From: an uncultured Acidimicrobiales bacterium
GTDB taxonomy: Bacteria > Actinomycetota > Acidimicrobiia > Acidimicrobiales > Aldehydirespiratoraceae
Reading direction: 5' to 3'
Assembly: GCA_905480195.1 (NCBI GenBank)
Contig: CAJQPN010000017.1
Span: 6,233-70,232, forward strand
DNA length: 64,000 nucleotides
A program made the position numbers and the translations under genes. The notes under the pieces are model-generated. The model was given only the letters and a program-made list of their open reading frames with translations, made no database searches and was not told where the DNA came from. Within the stretch, counting starts at the first letter, position 1. Each line of letters opens with the position of its first letter. Below, in pieces: positions 38,266 to 48,745 of the stretch.

Positions 38266-39303
38266 TCACCCTCCAGGCCAGGTGTCTGGCACGCGATAGC
38301 CGGTCGGCCAAGGGTCGGACGGGTCGACGAGGTGGTGGGACACGCCGGTGATCCATGCCCGCCCGCTGATCTCTGGGATGATCGACCCATCTGACGCAAC
38401 CTCAAGGATCTTGCCGCGGAATTCCGAGCCGATGACGGACCGCATGAGCAACTGGTCGCCCACCCCGACCTGGCCTCGGGCGTGTAGGACGGCGAGGCGA
38501 GCCGACACGCCGGTGCCGGTCGGTGATCGATCGAGCTTGCCTGGATCGATCACCGACGTGCTCTGCAGCTCAAACCCATCGGCACCTTCCGAGAGTCGAC
38601 CGGCGATCTGGCAGAATGAGATGTGAGCCCAGTCCGAGTTGGTGGGATGCCGAAAGCCCAGCTGTTCGTTCGCCGCAAGAGTGACCGCCGTGCCGATCTT
38701 TGCAAGGTCGGCAGCCGCAGCCGGCTCTACCGAAACGCCGAGATCGACGGCATCGACCAACACAAAGCTGTCGCCACCGAACGCCGTGTCGACCCGCACC
38801 GAACCAACACCGGGAACGTCGAGTTCTACGTCAAGACGATCGGCGAAGGACGGAAGGTTCCGTATGGCGACGCGCTCGACCTTGCCGGCACGGCACTCGG
38901 CGCGAACGGCGACGAGTCCGCCGGGGGCTTCGATCGTGAACTCGGTGACAGGTTCGACCATCGGCACCCTTCCGGTCTCGAGCAGGACCGTGGCGACACA
39001 CATCGAGTTACTTCCCGACATCGGTGGCGTGTGACAAGGCTCCATGATGATGAAACCAGCGACCGCCTCGGGCGCTACCGGTGGTACGAGCAGATTGACG
39101 TGGCGGAACACGCCACCCCGAGGTTCGTTGAGAACGAGGTTTCGAAGGGTCTGGTCAGCGTCGATCCACCGCGACTGTGCCCAAAGTGAGTCGCCGGGTG
39201 GCGGTTCGACGCCACTCACGATCACGTCTCCAACCTCGCCCTCGGCGTGGCAACCAACGATCTCAATCGAGTCGGCGAGATTGAGGCCATGTGAGTTCGA
39301 CAT
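38266..39303 (-). CDS. Proline racemase family protein, Ser/Thr active site (hydroxyproline dehydratase-like)
   Basis: [28 protein letters not shown]. Confidence 0.88.
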   Translation of the reverse strand: MSNSHGLNLADSIEIVGCHAEGEVGDVIVSGVEPPPGDSLWAQSRWIDADQTLRNLVLNEPRGGVFRHVNLLVPPVAPEAVAGFIIMEPCHTPPMSGSNSMCVATVLLETGRVPMVEPVTEFTIEAPGGLVAVRAECRAGKVERVAIRNLPSFADRLDVELDVPGVGSVRVDTAFGGDSFVLVDAVDLGVSVEPAAAADLAKIGTAVTLAANEQLGFRHPTNSDWAHISFCQIAGRLSEGADGFELQSTSVIDPGKLDRSPTGTGVSARLAVLHARGQVGVGDQLLMRSVIGSEFRGKILEVASDGSIIPEISGRAWITGVSHHLVDPSDPWPTGYRVPDTWPGG

Positions 39304-39354
39304 GCACGTGAGATTGCCACATGGTGTCGGCCGGATCGGGTCTACGCTGCGCGC

Positions 39355-41670
39355 ATGAGGAGCGTCTCGCCTGTTCTGGTCGTGTCGATCGACGGGATGG
39401 CGTCTCGTCACGTGACCCGCACAACCATGCCGACGCTCACCACGCTCGCTCGCGAGGGCGCTTCGTGCTTCCGTTCGCAGACGGTACGGCCACCCTGGAC
39501 GCTGCCTGTCCACACGACGATGTTTCGGGGTGTCGATCCTGCGAGCCACACAATCACCAACAACACGCCGGGCGAGCCGAAAACAGGTGCTTCCTCCTTT
39601 CTCAAGCTCGCTCGCGAGGCCGGTCAGTCGACGGCAGCTTTCCTGAACTGGCTGCCGCTCGACTCCGTGCTCGAACGAAATGCCACCGAGCGCCGTTTCG
39701 TTATCGACGGGGGCTACGGCCCTGATGACGACCGCCGCTCGATTGAAGCCGCTCTTGAGGCCCTCGCCGAAGGGGTTCATGACCTCGTCTTCGTCTATCT
39801 GAGTCAGCCTGATGCCGACGGGCATCGGTTTGGCTGGGACAGCCCGGAGTACCTCGACGCAGCGAAACGCTCCGACTTCGAGCTCGGTCGACTGCTCGAC
39901 GCGGTGGGGTCCAACGCCTCGGTGCTCGTCACGACCGATCACGGCGGCTTCGAAAAAAACCATGCCGATCCAATCCCGGAGGTGCTCGAGACATTCATCG
40001 TCGTTCGCTCGCCCGGACGCATTGCGCCAGCCTCAGTGTGGGACGCAGCGAGCACACTCGACGTTGCTCCGACCGTCGCCGACCTGTGCGGATTCAAACC
40101 AGATCCGCACTGGGAAGGTCGCTCGTTACTCGGTGCCGAACGCCTGCTGATCGATGTACTGCTGGAGCTGCTCGCCACCACCGCCCACGAGTCATATGGC
40201 GAGCGGGTCACGATGCTCGACCATGCGCTGCAGTCCGCTGCGATCGCTCGGGCTGAAGGCGAAGGCGACGAGATGGTGCTCGCCTGTCTGCTCCACGACG
40301 TGGGTCATGCGCTCGGCGACGCCGGTGACTGGGGACTTCCGGGACACGCAGAGCGCGGCGCACGGGTGCTTCAGCCGTTCCTGGCGCCAGGGATCGTTGA
40401 ACCGATCCGGCACCATGTCCGCGCCAAGCGGTACCGGGTTGCTGTCGAACCCGGCTACCACGACCGGTTGAGCCTGGCATCGCAGATGTCGCTGCAGGAG
40501 CAGGGGGGTCCGTTACCGCCCGACGAGGTCGAACGTTTCGGACGTCTGCCATTCGCCGACGAAGCACTGCGTCTCCGCAACTATGACGATGATGGCAAGG
40601 TCGAAGGTCTCACGATCGAACCACTGGAGTCGTATCGGCCACTTCTTCATGCCGCCTTGGGCGCCAACCCCCCGATCGACCCCTCGTGGGCGCGTGATGC
40701 CTGCCGCTGCCCAGAGTGCCGCGATGTGGGTAACGACCAACATCTGATCGGCGCCAGCGGCCTCGACGGTTGGACCGTCATCACGTCGGCTGTCGATGCC
40801 GGGGGGCTTCGTGTGCTGCTGCACCACCACGACGGCACGCGCCACGAGGCGATTATCCCCTCCCCACCGCCGGGCGAGGAACAGCAGCACACCTGGCCCG
40901 AAGACTTCGCCTCACGGATTCGTGCCACCAGCACGGCACGGTCGGCAGATCTCGGCAGCTTCAGTCGGCAACTCACTACGTTCGGCGTCGCCTTGTTGCA
41001 CGACTGTGGCGACGCAGAGGGGACCGTCGTCGACATCGGCAACACGATCGGTTTCGTTCGCCGAACGAACTACGGGACCCTGTTCGATGTTCGGGCCGAG
41101 CCTGATCCGATCAACCTCGCCTACACGCCGCTCGGGCTCGCAGCCCATACGGACAACCCGTACCGTGAACCCTGCCCGACGGTGCAGTTGCTCCATTGCC
41201 TGCAGGCGGCACGGGAAGGCGGCGCAAGCCGCTTTGTCGACGGCTTCGCCGCTGCGGAATGGCTCCGGACCGAAGCGCCTGACCATTTCCGGTCGTTGAC
41301 GACCACCGACGTCACGTTCAGATTCCACACCGACGACGTGGACCTTCGTGCCAGCCGACCACTGATCGAGCTCGATCGCTCAGGGCAAGTGCGAGCGGTC
41401 AGTGTGAACAACCGCTCGATGGAGCCACCCCAGTTGTCGCCCGGCGCATCGGCCCGGTTCTACGCCGCCTACCGCTCTTTCGTCGATCTCCTGGAGCGTC
41501 CCGACTTCGCAATCGAGATCTCGTTGCGACCCGGCGATTTGGTGGCGTTCAACAACCGGCGGGTGCTTCACGGCCGTCGAGCCTTCTCCAACACAGAACC
41601 CCGCCATCTGCAGGGGTGCTACGTCGACATCGATGCCATCCGTTCGGCTGCCCTGCTCGCTGGCGGCTGA
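39355..41670 (+). CDS. Triple fusion: alkaline phosphatase-superfamily hydrolase + PhnZ/TmpB-like HD oxygenase + TmpA/gamma-butyrobetaine-dioxygenase-like Fe/2OG enzyme
   Basis: AP domain: SIDG, WTLPVH, PDADGH, TTDHGG. HD domain: [33 protein letters not shown]. Dioxygenase: [31 protein letters not shown]. Confidence 0.85.
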   Translation: MRSVSPVLVVSIDGMASRHVTRTTMPTLTTLAREGASCFRSQTVRPPWTLPVHTTMFRGVDPASHTITNNTPGEPKTGASSFLKLAREAGQSTAAFLNWLPLDSVLERNATERRFVIDGGYGPDDDRRSIEAALEALAEGVHDLVFVYLSQPDADGHRFGWDSPEYLDAAKRSDFELGRLLDAVGSNASVLVTTDHGGFEKNHADPIPEVLETFIVVRSPGRIAPASVWDAASTLDVAPTVADLCGFKPDPHWEGRSLLGAERLLIDVLLELLATTAHESYGERVTMLDHALQSAAIARAEGEGDEMVLACLLHDVGHALGDAGDWGLPGHAERGARVLQPFLAPGIVEPIRHHVRAKRYRVAVEPGYHDRLSLASQMSLQEQGGPLPPDEVERFGRLPFADEALRLRNYDDDGKVEGLTIEPLESYRPLLHAALGANPPIDPSWARDACRCPECRDVGNDQHLIGASGLDGWTVITSAVDAGGLRVLLHHHDGTRHEAIIPSPPPGEEQQHTWPEDFASRIRATSTARSADLGSFSRQLTTFGVALLHDCGDAEGTVVDIGNTIGFVRRTNYGTLFDVRAEPDPINLAYTPLGLAAHTDNPYREPCPTVQLLHCLQAAREGGASRFVDGFAAAEWLRTEAPDHFRSLTTTDVTFRFHTDDVDLRASRPLIELDRSGQVRAVSVNNRSMEPPQLSPGASARFYAAYRSFVDLLERPDFAIEISLRPGDLVAFNNRRVLHGRRAFSNTEPRHLQGCYVDIDAIRSAALLAGG

Positions 41671-41725
41671 CGAAGACGAAAACCCGGAGTGTCTCGCGAT
41701 CCCGTCAACTCTCGGGCTTCGTCGA
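41671..41725 (+). terminator. Imperfect hairpin downstream of the fusion gene
   Basis: GACGAA..CCCGGAG pairs with CTCGGG..TTCGTC; no U-tract. Confidence 0.35.
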
Positions 41726-41905
41726 AGTCATCCCAAGCGTGACCGACACAGCATCGGGTCGAACACTACGGCGTTGCATGTGCCGGTCACCTTGACGATT
41801 TCGGCAGCTCCGCAAGGCGGGCGAACCGAGCCTTCAACCCGGTCCTCCTGAGCAGCGAGAACGTGAGCGTTTGATCGAAAAATGGGGCGCAGACATGATT
41901 CAGTC

Positions 41906-44392
41906 ATGACTGGACCCGTCGTCAACGCAGCGATCCCGGCGGTCGGCCTCCCGAATCGAGCGCGTGTGGTGATCATCGGAGGCGGCGTGATCGGTACGAG
42001 CGTTGCCTACCATCTCGCGAAACTCGGCTGGAACGATGTCGTCTTGCTCGAGCGGGACCAGCTCACCTCCGGAACCACCTGGCACGCCGCCGGTCTGATC
42101 GTCTCGGGTGGCATGACCACGGAGACGCTGGCCTGGATGGCGAAGTACTCACGAGATCTCTACGCGACGCTCGAGCAAGAAACGGGCCAATCCACCGGGT
42201 TCAACCCCGTTGGCTATCTCCAAACTGGGAGCACTCCTGAACGCGTCCACAAGCTCCGCCGGGAAGCCGACTTCCTCAGGCTGATGGGGATCGACCGGCA
42301 CGAGATATCCGGCAAGGAGGCCGGCGAACTCTGGCCCCACGTCGACGCCACCGATATCATCTCCGGCTTTTATACCGAGAACGAGGGACGAGCCGACCCC
42401 TACAACGTTGCGTACTCACTGGCCGCAGGTGCCCGCATGCACGGTGTGCAGATCCTGCAAGGGCAGCCGGTGACCGGTATCGGGCAGGCGGGAGGACGGG
42501 TCACGGGGGTCACGACTGCGAGCGGCACGATCGAGGCCGAATACGTCGTGAACTGTGCGGGCATGTGGGCTCGCCAGGTCGGTGCAATGGCGGGCGTCTC
42601 GATACCACTCCAGGCGATCGAGCACGCGTATCTGATCTCGGAACCGTTTGACGGTGTTTCTCCGGACCTGCCGATCTTCGAGGACCCGGATCGGTATGCG
42701 TATTACCGCGAAGAGACCGGTGGCCTCATGGTGGGGCTGTTCGAACCGGTGGCCGCTCCCTGGTCACTCGATGGGGTGCCGATGGACTTCAGCTTCGGTG
42801 AGATTCCGAGCGACTGGGATCGCCTGGCCCCGTTTCTGGAGTTCGCCATGGAAACCCTTCCCGGACTAGCCGATGTCGGAGTCCGAAAGCTCTTTACCGG
42901 CCCCGAGAGTTTCACCCCTGACAACGGGTATCTGATGGGGGAGGCACCCGAGCTCGACAACTTCTTCGTGGCTGCTGGCTTCAACTCACTCGGAATCTTG
43001 AGCGGCGGTGGCGCCGGCTCGATCATTGCGAACTGGATCGTCGACGGGCATCCGCCGATCGACGTCACCGACATCGACATCGCCCGATTGCAGCCGTGGC
43101 AGACCAACCGCTCATATCTCGCAGAGCGCAGCGTCGAATTGCTCGGACGGCTGCACTCGACCGGCTCGTGGCCACACGCAAGCCCGGCGCTGGCCCGCGG
43201 TGTTCGGCGCTCAGTGCTGCACGAACAGCTCGAAACTGCTGGGGCTCGTTTTACCGAGTCGTCGGGATGGGAACTGCCCTCGTGGTTCGGACCCACCGAC
43301 GAGGCGCTCACCAACAAACTGACGTACGCAAGACAGCCTTGGTTCGACCACCACGCTGCAGAACACCGCGCCGTTCGCAGTGCTGTCGCTCTGTTCGACA
43401 TGTCGTCGATGTCGAACTTTGTCGTTCGGGGCCCCGACGCCGAGCGCGTGCTCGACCATCTCTCGGGGAACACGATCGCTGTGCCGGTGGGTCAGTGCGT
43501 CTACACCCAATGGATGAATGTCCGCGGCGGCATCAACGCCGATCTCACCATCACCCGGCTTGGTGACGACCAGTTCTTGATCGTCGTCGCTGAACTCTTC
43601 CATCGCCGCGTCGAGGCGATGCTGCGCAGGGCGATCGGCCATGATCATCACGTTTTCGTGACCGACATGACCTCGGCATACACGATGCTGAGCGTGCAGG
43701 GTCCCAACTCCCGGGCCCTTCTGCAAAACATCACCACTGCGAGTCTCGACAACGACGCCTTCCCGTATTTCACTGCCCAGCAGATCGATCTCGTCCACGG
43801 CCGGGCATGGGCACTTCGAATGAGCTTTGTCGGCGAACTGGGCTGGGAGTTGTACATCCCCACCGAGTTCGCGACCCACATCTACGAGCGGATCGTGGAA
43901 GTTGGCGCCGACCACGGACTTCGTCACGCAGGAATAGAGACGCTCGAGTCGACTCGCACCGAAGCAGGGCGTCTCGACTACGGGCTCGACATCGAGAACT
44001 CCGACTCTCCCCTTGAAGCGGGTCTCGGGTGGGCGGTCGACTTCGACAAGCCGAGCGGCTTTGTCGGCCGCGACGCGCTCCTCGCGCAGCACCAGGGGCG
44101 GCCGTACACGGCTCGCCTCGTTCAGTTCCTGCTCGATGACGCCGAGCCGCTGCTTTACGGCGAGGAACCGATCCTTCGCGATGGCGAGACCGTCGGTTAC
44201 CTCCGCTCAGGAGCGTACGGTCACACGTTGGGCGGCGCCGTGGGGTTTGGATATGTCGAGAACAGCGATGGAGTCACGAAGGACTTCATAGAAAGTGGCA
44301 CCTGGACAATCCGCGTTGCCAGCGATGACGTCGATGCACGGGCATCGTTTCGCTCGATGTACGACCCCTTCAATGAGCGGGTACGCGCCTGA
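41906..44392 (+). CDS. FAD-dependent dimethylglycine/sarcosine dehydrogenase-like protein with GcvT folate domain
   Basis: IIGGGVIG, LTSGTTWHAAG, GPESFTPD, FDMSS, SFVGELGWELY, SGAYGH. Confidence 0.9.
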   Translation: MTGPVVNAAIPAVGLPNRARVVIIGGGVIGTSVAYHLAKLGWNDVVLLERDQLTSGTTWHAAGLIVSGGMTTETLAWMAKYSRDLYATLEQETGQSTGFNPVGYLQTGSTPERVHKLRREADFLRLMGIDRHEISGKEAGELWPHVDATDIISGFYTENEGRADPYNVAYSLAAGARMHGVQILQGQPVTGIGQAGGRVTGVTTASGTIEAEYVVNCAGMWARQVGAMAGVSIPLQAIEHAYLISEPFDGVSPDLPIFEDPDRYAYYREETGGLMVGLFEPVAAPWSLDGVPMDFSFGEIPSDWDRLAPFLEFAMETLPGLADVGVRKLFTGPESFTPDNGYLMGEAPELDNFFVAAGFNSLGILSGGGAGSIIANWIVDGHPPIDVTDIDIARLQPWQTNRSYLAERSVELLGRLHSTGSWPHASPALARGVRRSVLHEQLETAGARFTESSGWELPSWFGPTDEALTNKLTYARQPWFDHHAAEHRAVRSAVALFDMSSMSNFVVRGPDAERVLDHLSGNTIAVPVGQCVYTQWMNVRGGINADLTITRLGDDQFLIVVAELFHRRVEAMLRRAIGHDHHVFVTDMTSAYTMLSVQGPNSRALLQNITTASLDNDAFPYFTAQQIDLVHGRAWALRMSFVGELGWELYIPTEFATHIYERIVEVGADHGLRHAGIETLESTRTEAGRLDYGLDIENSDSPLEAGLGWAVDFDKPSGFVGRDALLAQHQGRPYTARLVQFLLDDAEPLLYGEEPILRDGETVGYLRSGAYGHTLGGAVGFGYVENSDGVTKDFIESGTWTIRVASDDVDARASFRSMYDPFNERVRA

Positions 44393-44532
44393 GTGTCGGA
44401 ACTTTTCGGTGCATCGTGGCTTCCTTGCCGGTGCCGAACGCGACACCCTCATCCCACGTAAGACCTCGATCCAATCGAAGCGACCAATGAACGGTCTGCC
44501 AAGAGCTCGTTGGCCGGCCAGTACTCGTTCGC

Positions 44533-46557
44533 CTATGGCGCAGTGGCGCGCTCGCGGCGAAAACGAACGGCCACCGGAATGTGGGCTTGCAGCTCGCGGG
44601 CGTACTGATGGCCTGCGTACACCGACGTGGCGATCGTGCCGGGTGCCTTGCAGTCGCCGATCGGGGTGATGTCGATTTCATCAACGAGCGAGTGATATAG
44701 CGCATCGTTCGGGGTCCGGGCGGTGACCATCACGATCGACGAGGTCTCTACAGTCCGTATCTGTCCGGTGTAGATGCACTCGAGATCGACGCTGTCTGAT
44801 CGAACCTCGGCAAGCGAGTGACCGGTCGCGATCGAGATCCCGAGGCCGAGGACCCGAGCCTGGATCCGGTGCTGCTCCTCGGTATGTGTCGTCCAGGTCG
44901 AGATCTCGTTGGCGGGCGTCACGATCGTGACCTCGAGGCCCTCGCTGCGCAGCCGTTCTGCGAGAATCCCCCCGAGGTAATAGTGGTCGTCGTCGTAGAT
45001 CACGACAGGCCCGTCAGGGATCGTTCCGTCGAGGACATCGTCAGCAGTAAGCACCGATGGCTGGTCCCAACCCGGCACGGGGTTCTCCAGCCAACGACCG
45101 GTGCCGTCTCGGTTCCATGTCGAACCGCTTGCAAGCACGACGTGATCGGCACCGAACTCGCGAATCTGCATCTCGTCGACGACGCTGTCGAGGTAGACCT
45201 CGACGCTGGGCAGCTTGTCGATCTGGGTGAGACGCCAGTCGCGAACTCTGCCGTACTCGGCGAGGCCTGGCATTCGTGCTTCACGGGTGACGCGGCCGCC
45301 GAGCTCGGTGCGAGCCTCGGTCAACACGACATCGAACCCTCGTTGGCCGAGCGCCATTGCTGCCTCGAGTCCGGCTGGACCAGATCCGATGACGAGTACC
45401 GATGCGTCGGCCTTCTTGGGCGGGATGAACTCGGGGTGCCAACCCTTGCGCCACTCCTCCCCCATTGTCGGGTTTTGGGTACAACGGATTGGTGTACCGG
45501 TCTGGTCTCCCGAGTAGCAGATGTTGAAGCCGATGCACTCGCGAATGTCGTCGTCGCGGCCCTCGGCAATCTTGGTGGGAAGAAACGGATCAGCGATCGA
45601 CGGTCGGGCAGCGCCGACGAAATCGATGATCCCCTGGTTGACCATCCGGAGCATCGTTTCGGGTGACGTGAAGCGTCCGACGCTGACAACCGGCTTGCCG
45701 GTGACGCCCTTGACCCATGCCATCGTGTCCTCGAGCCCACCTTCCTTCACGAATCGCGAGGTACCCATCTCGTAGGAGTAATCGTCGACGACGATGTCCC
45801 AGAGATCAGGCAGGTCTTTGAGCATCTCGATGACCTCTCGCGGCTCATGGTTGTCGAGATCCTCTACTGCGCCGACTTCACCAGCCGAGAAGCGCACCGC
45901 CACGGCACACTCGTCGCCGATTGCTTCCTTGGTCTCCTCGAGCAGTTCCCGAATCAGACGGACCCTGTTCTTGAGTGCGCCGCCGTACTCGTCGTTGCGG
46001 GTGTTACCGGGATCGAGGAACTGTTTCAGCAGGTACCAGTGACACGCGTAGACGTAGACAACGTCGAATCCTGCCCGCTTCGCTCGTACAGCGGCGTCGA
46101 GATGCCATTGCTTGAGCTCTCGAATGTCGCGCTTGTCCATCTGACGGGTCTGCACCGGATCCCAGACACCGGCAGGGCGACTCGTTGGACCGATCGGCGT
46201 CTCACGGCTGTAGTGGTTTGCGCTTGCGGCACCGCCATGCCACAGCTCGACACCGGCAAGTGCGCCGTGGGCGTGGACCTTGTCCACCATCAGGGCGTGC
46301 GAACGGATGTCTTCGTCGTCCCACAGAGTGGCCGACGGGTACGGATCGTCATCGGAACTCGGGTGGATCGAGCAGTACTCGGTGTTGATGACGCCCCAGC
46401 CTCCTTCGGCCTTCATCTCACGGAGCGCAGCCAGAGTCTGAGGCTTCTTGTAGCCGATCCCGGTGCAGTGGGGCACCTGATAGAAGCGATTCGGTGCCGT
46501 CACCGGACCGATCCTCACCGGCTCGAACAGGACGTCAAAACGAGGGTCACGGGGCAT
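44533..46557 (-). CDS. Trimethylamine/dimethylamine/histamine dehydrogenase family flavoprotein
   Basis: NRFYQVPHC (flavinylation Cys), MKAEGGW, YVYACH, ARPSIADPFLP, ECIGFNIC...CTQN, GSGPAGLE; AGGAGG RBS. Confidence 0.88.
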   Translation of the reverse strand: MPRDPRFDVLFEPVRIGPVTAPNRFYQVPHCTGIGYKKPQTLAALREMKAEGGWGVINTEYCSIHPSSDDDPYPSATLWDDEDIRSHALMVDKVHAHGALAGVELWHGGAASANHYSRETPIGPTSRPAGVWDPVQTRQMDKRDIRELKQWHLDAAVRAKRAGFDVVYVYACHWYLLKQFLDPGNTRNDEYGGALKNRVRLIRELLEETKEAIGDECAVAVRFSAGEVGAVEDLDNHEPREVIEMLKDLPDLWDIVVDDYSYEMGTSRFVKEGGLEDTMAWVKGVTGKPVVSVGRFTSPETMLRMVNQGIIDFVGAARPSIADPFLPTKIAEGRDDDIRECIGFNICYSGDQTGTPIRCTQNPTMGEEWRKGWHPEFIPPKKADASVLVIGSGPAGLEAAMALGQRGFDVVLTEARTELGGRVTREARMPGLAEYGRVRDWRLTQIDKLPSVEVYLDSVVDEMQIREFGADHVVLASGSTWNRDGTGRWLENPVPGWDQPSVLTADDVLDGTIPDGPVVIYDDDHYYLGGILAERLRSEGLEVTIVTPANEISTWTTHTEEQHRIQARVLGLGISIATGHSLAEVRSDSVDLECIYTGQIRTVETSSIVMVTARTPNDALYHSLVDEIDITPIGDCKAPGTIATSVYAGHQYARELQAHIPVAVRFRRERATAP

Positions 46558-46678
46558 GGACCCTCCTAGGGTCATCGGATCGAGTGCTCAGCCTGCGGTA
46601 GGCCGATCGGCTCTTTGCCGAGAGACGCGCGGGCAGCCCGCTCGTGTCGGCGCCAGAACTTTTCTTGTCGTGCCGCCC

Positions 46679-46720
46679 CGCGACCAGCGCCCGGCCCTTG
46701 ACGGGCGGGCGCTGGCCGCG
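46679..46720 (-). terminator. GC-rich hairpin after the substrate-binding protein gene
   Basis: CGCG-A-CCAGCGCCCG..CCC/GGG..CGGGCGCTGG-C-CGCG inverted repeat, 10 nt after the stop. Confidence 0.55.
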
Positions 46721-46730
46721 ACCGGAGCAC

Positions 46731-47840
46731 TTAGCCCTTCGCCTCAACAAACGCGTCGGAGTAGTTGACCTCGAAGTCGCCGGTGTCTTCCAGCGCTTCG
46801 AGCGAATCCACACCGCCGGCGAGCACGGCCGGGTCATTGACGAAATCCAAGAGGTCTTCGTCTAGACCCGCGACAGCTGCCGCATTCGGCGTGTTGTAGT
46901 AGTTCCAGTTGGTCAAGGCCGCGCCCTGATCGGCGCCGTACATCCAGTTGATGAACGTGTGCGCAGTACAGGGGTGCGGTGCGTCATGTGCAATCGCGAA
47001 GTTGTCGATCCAGCGCGTCCCACCCTCTTCGGGCACGAAGTAGACGTAGTCACCGGGGTTATCGGTCTCGAGGAACTGAACGAACATGTCGCCGGAGTAG
47101 CCGTGAGCGATCACGGTCTCACCCGAGGTGAGGAACTCATCAGCAGAGTCGGTGTTGAACGCCGCAAGACGACCCGCAGTGGCGGCGACGAGTTCGGTCG
47201 CCTCGGCGAGTTCGTCCTCACTCGTGGTGTTCATCGAGTACCCGAGGTACTTCAGCGCAGCACCCATGGTCTCGCGTGGGTCGTTGAGCAGCTGGATTTG
47301 ACCATCGAACTGGCCGGAGATGGCGGGGTCGAAGATGATGCCCCACGACCGAGGGAAGTCGGTTCCGACCACAGCGGTGTTGACGGCAATGCCCGTTGTA
47401 CCCCACTGATAGGGCAGCGAGTACCCACCTTCCGGGTCGAAGTAGAGGTTGCTGAAGTCGTCACTCAGGTTCGACGAATTCGGGATCGCGTCGTAGTTGA
47501 GCAGCATCAGCGAGCCGGCTGAGATCATGACCGAGACCATGTAGTCCGATGGGACGATGACATCGAAGCCGCTGCCACCCTCTGAGACGATCGGCTGCAT
47601 CGCCTCGTTGGAATCGTAACTGTCGAGCGAATAGGAGATGCCGTACTCGTCGGCAAACTCCTGGAGCTGCTCCTCATCGATGTACTCGGCCCAGTTGTAC
47701 ATGGCCAGATCACCATCGATCTCGCCGACTTCGCAGTCAGCGCCCCCGCTGGACTCGTCATCGTCACTGCCGCAAGCAGCTGCAAGGAGCGTGAGGGTGA
47801 AGAGCCCGGCGAGGAGCCGGAGCCAGTGCTTTGTGTTCAT
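46731..47840 (-). CDS. potD: Spermidine/putrescine ABC substrate-binding lipoprotein (PotD-like)
   Basis: Lipobox LAAAC, YNWAEYID, YDSNE, PSDY, PYQWGTTG, YSGD, PEEG..WIDN. Confidence 0.88.
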   Translation of the reverse strand: MNTKHWLRLLAGLFTLTLLAAACGSDDDESSGGADCEVGEIDGDLAMYNWAEYIDEEQLQEFADEYGISYSLDSYDSNEAMQPIVSEGGSGFDVIVPSDYMVSVMISAGSLMLLNYDAIPNSSNLSDDFSNLYFDPEGGYSLPYQWGTTGIAVNTAVVGTDFPRSWGIIFDPAISGQFDGQIQLLNDPRETMGAALKYLGYSMNTTSEDELAEATELVAATAGRLAAFNTDSADEFLTSGETVIAHGYSGDMFVQFLETDNPGDYVYFVPEEGGTRWIDNFAIAHDAPHPCTAHTFINWMYGADQGAALTNWNYYNTPNAAAVAGLDEDLLDFVNDPAVLAGGVDSLEALEDTGDFEVNYSDAFVEAKG

Positions 47841-47896
47841 TATTTCTCCTTTCGACCCGAAGGCCGATTCCAGGGACTTAGTAGAAAAAGGCAGTG

Positions 47897-48745
47897 TCAA
47901 GCTGTGCCTGAGCCACTGCGGCTGCGTTCGAGTAACAAGGACAGCACAACAAGGAGCATCGAGGCCACCAGCATCACCACAGAGATGGCGTTGATCAGCG
48001 GAGTGACGCCCTTTCGGATCAAACCGAACACATACACCGGCAAGGTCGTTCCTCCCGGGCCGGTGACGAACTGGGTGATCACGACGTCGTCAAGAGACAG
48101 GGTCATGGCGAGCAAGCCGCCACCCGCAATACCAGGGAGGATCTGCGGCATGGTGACGTACCGGAACGCCTGCCATCGGGTGGCGTAAAGGTCGAGTGCC
48201 GCCTCCTCCATCTTGGAGTCCATGCCGGCGAGTCGCGCCCGCACGACGACCGACACGAAACTGATGCTGAACGCAATGTGGCTCAGGGTGATCGAACCGA
48301 CTCCCTTGGCGAGCTCGATGCCGAACACGGTGCCGAGAAGCTCAAAGAACTGTGAGAAGAACAGCAACAGCATCACGGCCATGGTTACGTCGGGGATGAT
48401 GATCGGAAGGTAGAGCAGAGCGTCGAAAACCTGCTTCCCGCGAAATTCGAAGCGCTCAAGCGCCAGCGCCGACATCGTCCCGAGAACGACAGAGACCACC
48501 GTCGATACGAGTGCTATCTGGAGAGATGTCGACAGCGCGCTTCGTGCGTTCCGACTTTCTGCGAATTCTGCGTACCACTCGAGCGTCCACCCACCCCACG
48601 TTCCGACATTGCGACTGTCGCTGAACGAGAAGACGACGAGCAACAAAATTGGCGCATAGAAGAAGAAATAGACCAGCCACCCGTTGGTGTGAAGGAAGAA
48701 TTTCGTCCAGCCGTGCGGCTCGACCGCGCTGGTTTGCTTGCTCAC
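47897..48745 (-). CDS. potC: Polyamine ABC permease (PotC-like)
   Basis: EEAALDLYA, SLDDVVIT, TLPVYV. Confidence 0.88.
   Translation of the reverse strand: MSKQTSAVEPHGWTKFFLHTNGWLVYFFFYAPILLLVVFSFSDSRNVGTWGGWTLEWYAEFAESRNARSALSTSLQIALVSTVVSVVLGTMSALALERFEFRGKQVFDALLYLPIIIPDVTMAVMLLLFFSQFFELLGTVFGIELAKGVGSITLSHIAFSISFVSVVVRARLAGMDSKMEEAALDLYATRWQAFRYVTMPQILPGIAGGGLLAMTLSLDDVVITQFVTGPGGTTLPVYVFGLIRKGVTPLINAISVVMLVASMLLVVLSLLLERSRSGSGTA

Noticed and set aside
38266-39963. 565-aa ORF as a fusion protein
   Set aside because: The N-terminal 220 aa are antisense to the real gene at 39355; the racemase-family protein starts at 39303.
41726-41905. Possible glycine riboswitch upstream of the GcvT-fused dehydrogenase
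   Set aside because: The conserved GGAGA...CCGAAG...CTCTCAGG elements are not present.
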